Below, in pieces: positions 1 through 10,809 of a stretch of 64,000 nucleotides of DNA. The position numbers and the translations under genes are program-made. The stretch is from Bugula neritina (Eukaryota; Animalia; Bryozoa). The stretch spans positions 3,938,662 through 4,002,661 of the forward strand of contig OZ037770.1 in assembly GCA_964035545.1 (NCBI GenBank), in the 5' to 3' direction. Position 1 is the first letter of the stretch; each line of letters opens with the position of its first letter. The notes under the pieces were generated by a model that was not told the DNA's origin, did no database searches, and was given only the letters and a program-made list of their open reading frames with translations.

Positions 1-34
1 GAGAGATCACTCAGATCATCATCATTTAACCCAC
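1..34 (-). CDS. Gene A acidic linker exon, partial (CGLNDDDLSDLS)
   Basis: Homologous to 41964-41997, acceptor ctgtag at 35-40. Confidence 0.7.
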
Positions 35-591
35 CTACAGTCACATGATTAGACAGATTATTTTCAAAATTTGAAACCATAAACTACATATCTTGCTTAG
101 ACAGGAGAAGAAGCAATTAATTTCAAAAATCACAATTAGATATGATTTGTAGGGAAATGTAGGGCAAAATTTGCAAAGCCTATAATTTTAACAATACTGC
201 TGGTATAAAAAGTAAGTCCTGTCTAAAAAGTTTACCATTTGAATTGTTCTGCTCTCTTCGAATTTTGAGCTCAGAAAGAAACTTTTTCAATTGATTTGTT
301 TCTGCTTCAGATAAAGTCTCACCTGATCAAAACAGACATAATTAGTAACATTAAGACTAGATGGGAGGCATTAGAAGAATATGAGACACAATCGAAAGCT
401 CATGTATCAAGTTTACACTTTACAAGTAGGCGTAGAAGTTCATTAACGCAGCTGGGTAGTTTGCTAATGTTCATCTGTTATTGAAATTCATTATTGCTTG
501 GAAAAATAGTAGATATGCTTTGATAGTGTAACAAAATATTTAAAAACTTTTGGGCAAAGCAATCAAAAGTGAATCATAGTTGTAAACATAC

Positions 592-2602
592 ATGGATGAA
601 TTAGAGCACTGGGTATCTCTTCATCGATACACAATATCTTTGAAGATCCATGACACTTCTTGACATTTGGTAGCAGTTGGTTTTTTAGAGAACGGAGACA
701 CCATTTAGGATGCAAAAGCCTTTTAGGGCAAGAAACCCCCAGTAGCATGCAGTGAGCACAGAGGCAGGCAGTAACTGGTCGACTAGCAGTCCAAGTTTCC
801 ATCACATGTCGAAGAATGTTGTTTGTGGCTGAGATGAGTTTCTCCCACATCCTTGAAATGTGAGGAGCATCGGATGACACATAGAGTAAGACTCTTCTAG
901 AATCATAATCATGTGTCAGCTGTGTGTATGTCTCATCTTGATAGACAGTAGCTCCATTTCTCTTCACCCTCATTGTAGCAAACTCTTTAGAAAACAATTC
1001 TAGCAAACCAACTGTCATTTGGTGGTAGACATGCTGCGGTAAAGCTAGGCCCTTAAACTTTATCTCAGTGTGAAAGACCATATCCTTTGGTGAAGTGTAT
1101 GACACACCGTGATGTTCCTTAGCAAACTGAGGGATGATGAAGTACGGTTCACGGACATCATTTTCCAGGGGGCCATATAACAAACGAAATGTTCTAAGCA
1201 AGCAAACAGCAGTTTCAACATCATGGGAGCTTTTGAATAATGTTTCCTTTGCGATCAAATTTGTTAGAAGAGATTTCATCATCAAGCCTGTTGTTTTGAA
1301 GCAATTCACAGACTCTTCAAACTCTTCTGCTTCAATTCTCAACCCTTCTTCGGAAATGCATGATTGGAATTGATCAACTCTTTTCTGCCAGATCTCTGGG
1401 TCATGATGATACAAGACACATAGTAGTTTGGTGACTTCTGTGATCTTGTGAAATATGTATGGTTTAAGTGCATCAATATTTTTATACCAGAGAACTTTAC
1501 CGCAGTCGTGCATGTATGTGAGAATGGTATCTCGCTGATGTGGTTCAACCTCAAAGCCTTCTTTTGTCAATTCTGACAGAATAAATGAAAAAGAGCTGAA
1601 AGCTCCGCTTAAAGACAAAACCTTCTCATTCACTTCTTCCCAGATCAGTGGCAAAAGCTTAACAAAGGGCTGACTACTTAGAAGAAGCGAGCTCTTTATC
1701 ATTTCAAACTCAACATACTTGTCATCCTTTCCAATCCCATAAACATCTTCACTGGCAAAAACCTTTCCATTTGATGAATTGAAATGCTGTATTTTCGCAA
1801 AATCTCCATCTGAACTTTTCTCTTCATCAAGAACGTTTTTGCACAGCTGTTCAGACACGCTAAGAAAGTTTTCTTTAAGCTGTTGGAACTGCTGACTCTG
1901 AAACTTATCCTTGTGTGTGAAGACAAGCTTAGGTGGGCCAAGAGATGGATGGGCGAGATAGAGGTGAGACATGAAGTCAAAGGCCAACTTTCTGACAGCC
2001 TCTTTCTTTGTAAACTTATTTGAAATCTGGTCATACTGCTCCATGTTGACCACAATTACTGGTACACAATTCTGTCTCATTGTTAAATGGTATGTGATAT
2101 GGTAAACTTCTTGGCCTCCCATATCTATGAGACGAAGTGTTGTACCATCCACCTCCACCTCTTCCACATTAAACACCTTTGTGGTCTCATCATGCTCTGC
2201 ATTCGAACTTCTGTCAGTCAGAACTCTGTTCTTGTCAGTGTTCTGTAATGTTCTGATTAAACTGGTTTTACCTGCCATGGTGTTCCCCAACACCACTATG
2301 GTAGCAAATGGCAGATTTCTACCAGCACCCTTAGCTAAATCTGTGTAGTATTGTCGCACAGCTTCTAATCCTCTTTTACAGACTTCTAGTGGAGGAGATG
2401 TAAGAGCATTGCAACCAAATATATTCAGTGTCTGGAGACGTGTTAGCTGTAGTATCTCAGGGTTCAAGGATGTCATGAACTTAAATTATTGTAGGATATA
2501 TCCAGTGTGTGCAGATTACTCAATGCACACACTGAAGATGGCAGACTGGTAAAGTTATTGTAAGATATGTCTAGTGTCTGTAGCTTTTGTAGATTCTGTA
2601 TC
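592..2602 (-). CDS. Gene A LRR-ROC-COR exon (ROC-COR ORF 563-2476 intact downstream of the frameshift)
   Basis: GNTMAGKTS, IDMGGQ, THKD and CLCAHC motifs. Same splice sites as gene B. Confidence 0.88.
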
Positions 2603-2997
2603 CTAATAATATATTATATTCATATTATCAGCACATACTAGAGGTAAGTGAGATCTAATTATAGCTGTCATAAATCTACAATGATAGTGAAGCAATTATA
2701 CACAGAATGTACACGTATGAAGTGGCAATGGCTACAGAGACCTTTTTATATATAAAACCCTTTAAAGTAGTATAGGATATAATTGTAATTCTAGAATTTT
2801 CATTTCTGAATTATCAAGTGTTATTTTTGATATTCTGAATTATTTACATCACTACAACTACAATAAATTGGTAAAAGATATTAAAGAAGTATTTTACTGT
2901 CACAATTCATAATGCTTCCATAAACATTGTTATTTTATATAACATGTAGTTGAGTATAACTGCTTACACTGATATTTTATTAGACATGTATAATATA

Positions 2998-3000
<3 letters not shown>

Positions 3001-3062
<62 letters not shown>
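3001..3062. repeat. (TA)n microsatellite
   Basis: Direct reading. Confidence 0.98.
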
Positions 3063-3068
<6 letters not shown>

Positions 3069-3347
3069 AGTTTGACTGGCTTGAGTTTACACATCTTTTA
3101 AATATGCTTTAGTAAAACTATAAGTTTTACTATAGCGAAGGTGTGGGCCATGGTACTCTGTTCTGTGCTGATGAGGGGACAAACCCCGAAACAGCTGCTG
3201 TCCACAGATTGAGATATTACGCTCTCATTTAATGCTCAGCAATGACATTAAATGATTGAGCACTCTCACCATGGTCACAAACTCAAGCTGCTTGCATTTT
3301 GCAATGCTCGCGACTCCTAGGTGACCCCTAGAGTCACTTGAGCACTC
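3063..3347 (+). mobile_element. Retrozyme-like / Penelope-associated hammerhead repeat, single unit, preceded by (TA)n
   Basis: Near-identical to 4971-5253, absent from the equivalent intron of copy B, contains a hammerhead and several hairpins. Confidence 0.75.
3163..3207 (+). ncRNA. Type I hammerhead ribozyme, copy 1 (intact core)
   Basis: CTGTG-CTGATGA-GGGG(ACAAA)CCCC-GAAA-CAG(CTG)CTG-TC^CACAG. Stem I CTGTG/CACAG, GUC cleavage triplet ending at 3202. Confidence 0.9.
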
Positions 3348-3897
3348 ACGTCACAATTCATAATGCTTCCATAAACAATGTTGTTTTATATAACATGTAT
3401 TTGAGTATAACTGCTTAGACTGATATTTTATTAGATATGTGTAGTATATATTATAAATATGTACTATATATAACACAGTTATAATCAAACTATAGAGAGG
3501 CAAAGTTATTATGTACGGGTCTGCATGAAGTATTACAGAAAGTATGCCAGGGAAAAACACAATACTCTTCTCTATATTCTACTAAAAAATGTTAAGAAAT
3601 ACACTTTTTGGACAGAAAGTTCAAGTTTTGATCAACTTTGTTATATGATGAACTACAAGTTCAGGGTACCATTGCCCTATCTTGCAGGGATATTACGTGT
3701 GCATTCTTTGAAAGATAGTTTTGTAATTTATAAAGGAAAGCGAATTATTGAACATATTATAGATATGAACAACTTGTTATGTATATACCATTCCTAGCTT
3801 TACAGAGGAGAGGTATGAACACCATAATGTAGTTCAACTGTGTTGACTATTCTGCAGAAAATTGTTTCCAATGGTAAGTCTATTGTGACACACAAAC

Positions 3898-4035
3898 CTT
3901 TCAGGTAGATTAGATAAATTACAGTTCACCATATCTAACTCCTCAAGTGATGTGAGTGATGACACAACTTCTGGTACTGTGTTGAGAGGATTCCTTTTTA
4001 TGTCTAGTTTCTCTAACTGAGTCAGCTGACATAGA
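3898..4035 (-). CDS. Gene A LRR cassette exon A-L1 (LDIKRN / LDMVNC)
   Basis: 138 nt, tacag|T...AG|gtttgt. Confidence 0.9.
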
Positions 4036-4725
4036 CTGTAATATAAAGCGTATGATATATACATTGCATATTATAGAATTGAAAAAAACATTGCATTTAA
4101 CATATTTTTCAATAACACAATGACATAACCTAATTATACTTGGTAAGGAACTGCATGTTTTACGATTTCAAGTATTAAATGTTTCAAACAATACAAAAAC
4201 TGTGACAAACAAACCTCTTAGGTAGAGTAGATGAAACTATATAAACTATATATATATTTATATATATATGTGTGTATTATATATAATACAGTTATAATCA
4301 AACTAGATAGAGAAAAAGCTATCATTTATATGAGTCTGCATGACGTATTACAGAAAGTATGCCAGGGAAGAACATAATACTATTCTCTATACGCTAACAA
4401 ACAATGCTAAGAAACTCACTTTAATAGTTTTTTGAACTGAAAGTTCAAGTTTTGATCAACTTTGGTATATGATGAACAACGAGTTTAGGGTACCATTTTA
4501 CTATCTTGCATGGATATTACGTGTGCATTTCTTATAAAAGACAGTTTTGTAATTTATAAAGGAAATCGAATTATTGAACGTATTATAGATATGAAAAACT
4601 TGTTATGTATACACCAATTCTAGCTTTACAGAGAAGAAGTATGAACACCGTAACGTAGTTTAACTGTGTTGACTATTTTGCTGAAAATTTTTTTTAATGG
4701 TAAGTCTATATTGTGACACACAAAC

Positions 4726-4863
4726 CTCTCAGGTAGATTAGATAATTCACAGTCCATCATATCCAACTTTTTAAGGGATGTGAGTGATGACACAACTTCT
4801 GGTACTCTTTTGAGAAGATTCTTTGACATTTTTAGTTCTTCTAACTGAGTCAGCTGACACAGG
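4726..4863 (-). CDS. Gene A LRR cassette exon A-L2 (LKMSKN / LDMMDC)
   Basis: 138 nt, open, canonical splice sites. Confidence 0.9.
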
Positions 4864-4898
4864 CTGTAATATAAAGTGTGTGACATATGACATATATA

Positions 4899-4901
<3 letters not shown>

Positions 4902-4970
<69 letters not shown>
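4902..4970. repeat. (TA)n microsatellite
   Basis: Direct reading. Confidence 0.98.
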
Positions 4971-4975
<5 letters not shown>

Positions 4976-5069
4976 AGTTTGACTGGCTTGAGTTTACACA
5001 CCTTTTAAATATGCTTTAGTAAAACTATAAGTTTTACTATAGCGAAGGTGTGGGCCATGGTACTCTGTT

Positions 5070-5114
5070 CTGTGCTGATGAGGGGACAAATCCCGAAACA
5101 GCTGCTGTCCACAG
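5070..5114 (+). ncRNA. Type I hammerhead ribozyme, copy 2
   Basis: Same fold, stem II GGGG/TCCC (one G-U pair). Cleavage after 5109. Confidence 0.88.
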
Positions 5115-5340
5115 ATTGAGATATTACGCTCTCATTTATTGCTCAGCAATGACATTAAATGATTGAGCACTCTCACCATGGTCACAAACTCAAGCTGCTA
5201 GCATTTTGCAATGCTCGTGACTCCTAGGTGACCCCTAGAGTCACTTGAGCACTCTGGCTTGAGTTTACACACCTTTTAAATATGCTTTAGTAAAACTATA
5301 AGTTTTACTATAGCGAAGGTGTGGGCCATGGTACTCTGTT

Positions 5341-5385
5341 CTGTGCTGATGAGGGGACAAATCCCGAAAAAGCTGCTGTCCACAG
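5341..5385 (+). ncRNA. Type I hammerhead ribozyme, copy 3 (C>A mismatch in stem III)
   Basis: Core CTGATGA/GAAA/GTC retained, but GAAA-AAG instead of GAAA-CAG. Cleavage site after 5380. Confidence 0.75.
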
Positions 5386-5388
5386 ATT

Positions 5389-5812
<424 letters not shown>

Positions 5813-6318
5813 AGCCAATAATTCAATGCTTAGTAACTATACTAGTAAATTAGAAATGACTGCCTACTATAATATATTAAATTTTTATAAACTAAAAATA
5901 TAATATTATAATATAATGGCATTCTTTAAAATTATGGTATTCCCAAGATATTACAAACCATTACATGCGTATAACTTTCAAAAGATAATGTTATATTTTA
6001 AATTATACAATGACTTACAATAATCCTATTTAGTAATACCACTTTGTAAGCATATAAAGTTGTGAATACTAATAAACTAGAACTTATTGCTTACTATTAA
6101 TTACATTTGTATAGCACAACAATATATAATGGCATATAACTTTGAAATTGTGTTATTCCCACGATATTATAAACCATTGCATATATACGTGTAACTTCAA
6201 AATATTGCATTTCATACTTTTTAATTATACAATGGCACACCATAATAACACTTGGTAAGCATATAAAGTTGACAAATATTGAAGGTTTAAAACAATACAA
6301 AAATTCAGGCACACAAAC

Positions 6319-6456
6319 CTCTCAGGTAGAATAGATAATTTGCAGCTCCACATAACCAACTCTTTAAGTGATGTGAGTGATGACACAACTTCTGGTACTG
6401 TGTAGAGAGGATTCCCTTGTATGTATAGTTTCCCTAAATGAGTCAGCTGACACAGA
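6319..6456 (-). CDS. Gene A LRR cassette exon A-L3 (LYIQGN / LVMWSC)
   Basis: 138 nt, open, canonical splice sites (not in the ORF track). Confidence 0.9.
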
Positions 6457-6967
6457 CTGTAATATAAAATTTTTTAATATATGTTATAGTCACTAGTCCA
6501 CTTGTATTTTGTTATAGTTTGACATGTATACAGAGTATAATTACAAAGTTGCTGTAACTTATACCACATGATTGTGAAGGACAAGATAACTACTATATCA
6601 ATTCAATTATTTAACTCAAATACTAGACCACTTATAGGTGCAAATATAATAATTTGTTAAAATAGAGTACAAGTATTCAATACTCAGTAAATACTAATAA
6701 ACTAGAAATGACTGCTTACTATATATAAACTAATCTTTTGTAAACTAAGAATATAATATTATAATATAATGGCATACTTTAAAACTATTGGATTTCCATG
6801 ATATTTATACAAACCATTACATGCACATAACTTTCAAAAAATAATTTTATATTTTCAATTATATAATGACTTACAATGATACAACTTAGTAATACTACTT
6901 TGTGTGAACAAATAAAGTTGTAAAATATAGAATGTTCCAAACAACACAAAAGTTGTGACAAACAAAC

Positions 6968-7105
6968 CTCTCAGGTAGATTAGATAAGTTGCAGTTCAAC
7001 ATATCCAACTCCTTAAGTGATGTGAGTGATGACACAACTTCTGGTACTGTGTTGAGAGGATTCCATTTTATGTCTAGTTTCTCTAACTGAGTCAGCTGAC
7101 ACAGA
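6968..7105 (-). CDS. Gene A LRR cassette exon A-L4 (LDIKWN / LDMLNC)
   Basis: 138 nt, open, canonical splice sites (not in the ORF track). Confidence 0.9.
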
Positions 7106-7638
7106 CTGTAATATAAAGTGTGTGATATATGTCACAGTCACTAGTTCACTTGTAGTGTGTTATAGTTTGACATATATACAGAGTATAATTACAGATTTGC
7201 TATAACTTATACCACATGAATGTGAGGGACAAAGTAACTAATATATCAATTTATTTTGCTATAATGATTTTATTTAATTTAACTACTTGACTCTTTGACC
7301 ACTTATAGGTGCAAATATAATAATTTATTAAAATAGAGTACAAGTATTCAATACTCAGTAAATACTAGTCAACTAGAAATGGCTGCTTATTACTATATAA
7401 AATAATTTTTTGTAAAATAAGAATATAATAATATAATATAATGGCATACTTTAAAACTATGGGATTTTTATGATATTACAAATCATTACATGCATATAAC
7501 TTTCAAAAAATAATTTTATATTTTCAATTATATAATGACTTACAATGATACAACTTAGTAATACTACTTGGTGTGAACAAATAAAGTTGTAAAATATAGA
7601 ATGTTCCAGACGAAACAAAAGTATTGTGACACACAAAC

Positions 7639-7776
7639 CTCTCAGGTAGAGTAGATAATTTACATATCCACATATACAACACTTTAAGTGATGTGAGTGA
7701 TGACACAACTTCTGGTACTGTGTAGAAAGGATTGTGTCCTATGTCTAGTTTTTCTAACTGAGTCAGCTGACATAGA
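7639..7776 (-). CDS. Gene A LRR cassette exon A-L5 (LDIGHN / LYMWIC)
   Basis: 138 nt, open, canonical splice sites. Confidence 0.9.
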
Positions 7777-8315
7777 CTGTAATATAAAGTTTTTAATATA
7801 TGTTATAGTCACTAGTCCACTTGTAGTGTGTTATAGTTTGACATAAATACAGAGTATAATTACAGAGTTGCTATAACTTATACCACATGAATGTGAGGGA
7901 CAAGGTAACTAATATATCAATTTATTTTGCTATAAAAATTTTATTTAATTTAACTACTTGACTCTTTGACCACTTATAGGTGCAAATATAATAATTTATT
8001 AAAATAGAGTACAAGTATTCAATACTCAGTAAATACTAGTAAACTAGAAATGGCTGCTTACTATATAAATCAAATTTTTGTAAAATTAGAATTTAATATT
8101 ATAATATTATAATATAATAGCATACTATAAAACTGTGGAATTTCCATGATACTACAAACCATTACATGCATATAACTTTAAAATAAATAATTTTATATTT
8201 TAAATTATATAATGACTTACCATAATGCAACTTCGTAATACTATACTTTGTGTAAGCATATACAGTTGTGAAATATCGAATGTTTCAAACAATACAAAAA
8301 CTATGACAAACAAAC

Positions 8316-8453
8316 CTCTCAGGTAGAGTAGATAAAAAACAGCTCTTCATATTCAACTCTTTAAGTAATGTGAGTGATGACACAAATTCTGGTACTGTGT
8401 TGAGAAGATTATCTCCTATGTATAGTTTCTCTAACTTAGTCAGCTGACGCAGA
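8316..8453 (-). CDS. Gene A LRR cassette exon A-L6 (LYIGDN / LNMKSC)
   Basis: 138 nt, open, canonical splice sites (not in the ORF track). Confidence 0.9.
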
Positions 8454-9157
8454 CTGTAATATAAAGTGTGTAATATATGTAGTCTACTGTATCATATAAT
8501 GGCATATTCTGTATTTAGCTATAATGTAAATTATGTAGCAAACAATTTTGTTGAGACAGGGTACAGCAAAAAAATGCTTATATTATGTCATGTTATACGT
8601 GTAATGGGTGCCCTGTGTAGAATTGAGTGATTAGATGTATATGTATAAAGACATCCTGTAAGTTTAATAGATAAGGGGTACATCTACAATGTAATGCTAG
8701 TATATAGTATGATTTATAATAATAAATGGTTTACTTTGTTATAGCTAATCTGACACAAATTAGCATGTATTTAATATTCCGAAAATATTTTATTTTTAAG
8801 TATATATGGCTACATATAATATGCTTATATATATTATGAGTTGATAATATAAACCTTCTGTATAATCCTACATGTATACATGTACTACAGATAGTCTGTT
8901 GCTTTCGTATTTAACTACATAAAACATGTTTTAATTTATGATGGCATGTGTAACACTACAGTTTCCCACTGTCTAGTTTCTACAACTCGTTCAGCTGGTA
9001 GAGATACAATGTTATACATATTACTATAGCTTTATATAGTGCATGATTACATCTTGAGTAAGAATATACTTCAGCATTGACTCAGACACATCGTGTGTGA
9101 TAATTACCACAACTAAACTCATTTAACATTTACACAGCTATCATAATAGACACTCAC

Positions 9158-9389
9158 TTGTCTAGACTTGCTCTGTCAGTCAGGTTAGAAACACGTAGAC
9201 GCAGGGCTTCACCAGCAATCTCTCCAATGTTGTTTGGAATATTCCCTTTCAGTTTAAGATCTGTGATATCATAACTCCCAACTTCATGTTTCACCTCAGC
9301 AGTAGCATATGACTTGGTATTAGCAGACTGTACATCTAACCAGTCTACAGGAGGCTGTCCAGAATGTCTGAACCAGATTGTCATATTCT
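9158..9389 (-). CDS. Gene A N-terminal exon
   Basis: ORF 9154-9384. ttacag|AG and AA|gtgagt. Homologous to 47940-48171. Confidence 0.8.
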
Positions 9390-9951
9390 CTGTAACATCA
9401 TACAGTGACAGTGTAATTATTGCACAGCGCTAGCAGGTGATGTCTGTCATTCTGAAACCTGTCACATATAACTATTATTTGCTGTGTGTCAGACACTATA
9501 GCTATATGCAGACATGTCTGGCTACTTTAGGTTTACGAAAGTAAAATCTGCAAATTTAAAATGATCTCTAATTCCCTGAAAACAACTGCTTTGCGTAGAA
9601 TCTTTGAAATTATGCTGCTTCAGTTTCAATAAAGATATTTTTAAATGATGTTAACATATATTCAAAATTATATAAATATATTAAAACATTTTAAAATTAT
9701 ATGAATTTAAAGCAGCCAAAACGTCCGCTGAATTATTATTTCATATCAATGCATGCACAAAAAAGGTACGAATAGCAACATCAAGTTGAAACTTTCTAAA
9801 TCTGACACTGAATACTTCCTACCCTATGAGTCACACAGCCATGAATGCTAAGTATAGTCTAAATACAAATAGTAACACCTAGTAGATAACTTTGGTTGGA
9901 AGCAAAACTTGTAACTTGGCTTTTCATCAGAAAGTTATCAAAATAACTCAC

Positions 9952-9964
9952 CATCTGTTGCCAT
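9952..9964 (-). CDS. Gene A first coding segment (MATD)
   Basis: ACCATGG and G|gtgagt, identical to copy B. Confidence 0.7.
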
Positions 9965-10149
9965 GGTTACTAAAGTTTTTACTGCTGATTCATTTCAATT
10001 CTGTAAATCTGAAGGTTGGTAGCTCCACCTGTACAACAGGTATAAAATAAAGAGTATTATATAAATCATTGCTACATATAATATACCAATGTAGATGCCG
10101 ATTTCTATGAGGAGTAGATGTATAATCAGTCAAAATAAATAAACTTAGG

Positions 10150-10435
10150 TAAACTATATAGGTATATTTTGATATGTAGGTATTTTCGTATGTAGGTATT
10201 TAGGTATGTAAGAAGTTAGGTATGTAATAGGTCTATAGGTATGTATGTATTTATGTATGTATGTATGTATTTATGTTTGTATGTATTCATGTATGTAGGT
10301 ATTTAGGTGTGTAGGTATTTAGGTATGCAGGTATGTGGGTATTTAGGAATGTATGTATTTAGGTATATGCATATATTTAGGTATGTAGGTATTTAGGTAA
10401 GTAGGTATGCAGGTATCTGGGTGGGTATGTAGGTC
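10150..10435. repeat. Low-complexity TAGG/TATG repeat (also ~49170-49435)
   Basis: Direct reading. Confidence 0.85.
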
Positions 10436-10809
10436 TGCAAACTCTTACTGACACAGTATACAGCTGTCTACTCGGTCACCTGAGTTGTAGGAGGGAAGTA
10501 GGTAACTCATCTGGCTGGACTGTGTGACAACAGATATGACTTTGAATCAATACTCTGTATCTCTCTGTCTCACTGCAATATGAATAATTTACAAATTGTA
10601 CTGAAATCTTAAAATGAGTATAATAGAGATTTATATAATCTAGTCCTCTATAATTACTTTATATAATATTATATACTAAACAAGCTTGAAAAAATTTGCT
10701 GACCTAAAAAATGATATAAATTGGCTGTGATATTATTTGTAGCTGCCATTATTGTGCACTTTAAATAATGAACTATTTTATAGTCAACAGTTAGTTATAT
10801 ACCTATTCT

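Noticed and set aside
9389-9450. Alternative start ATGACAGACATC upstream of the N-terminal exon
   Set aside because: An in-frame TAG follows after six codons in both copies. The spliced MATD exon with Kozak context fits better.
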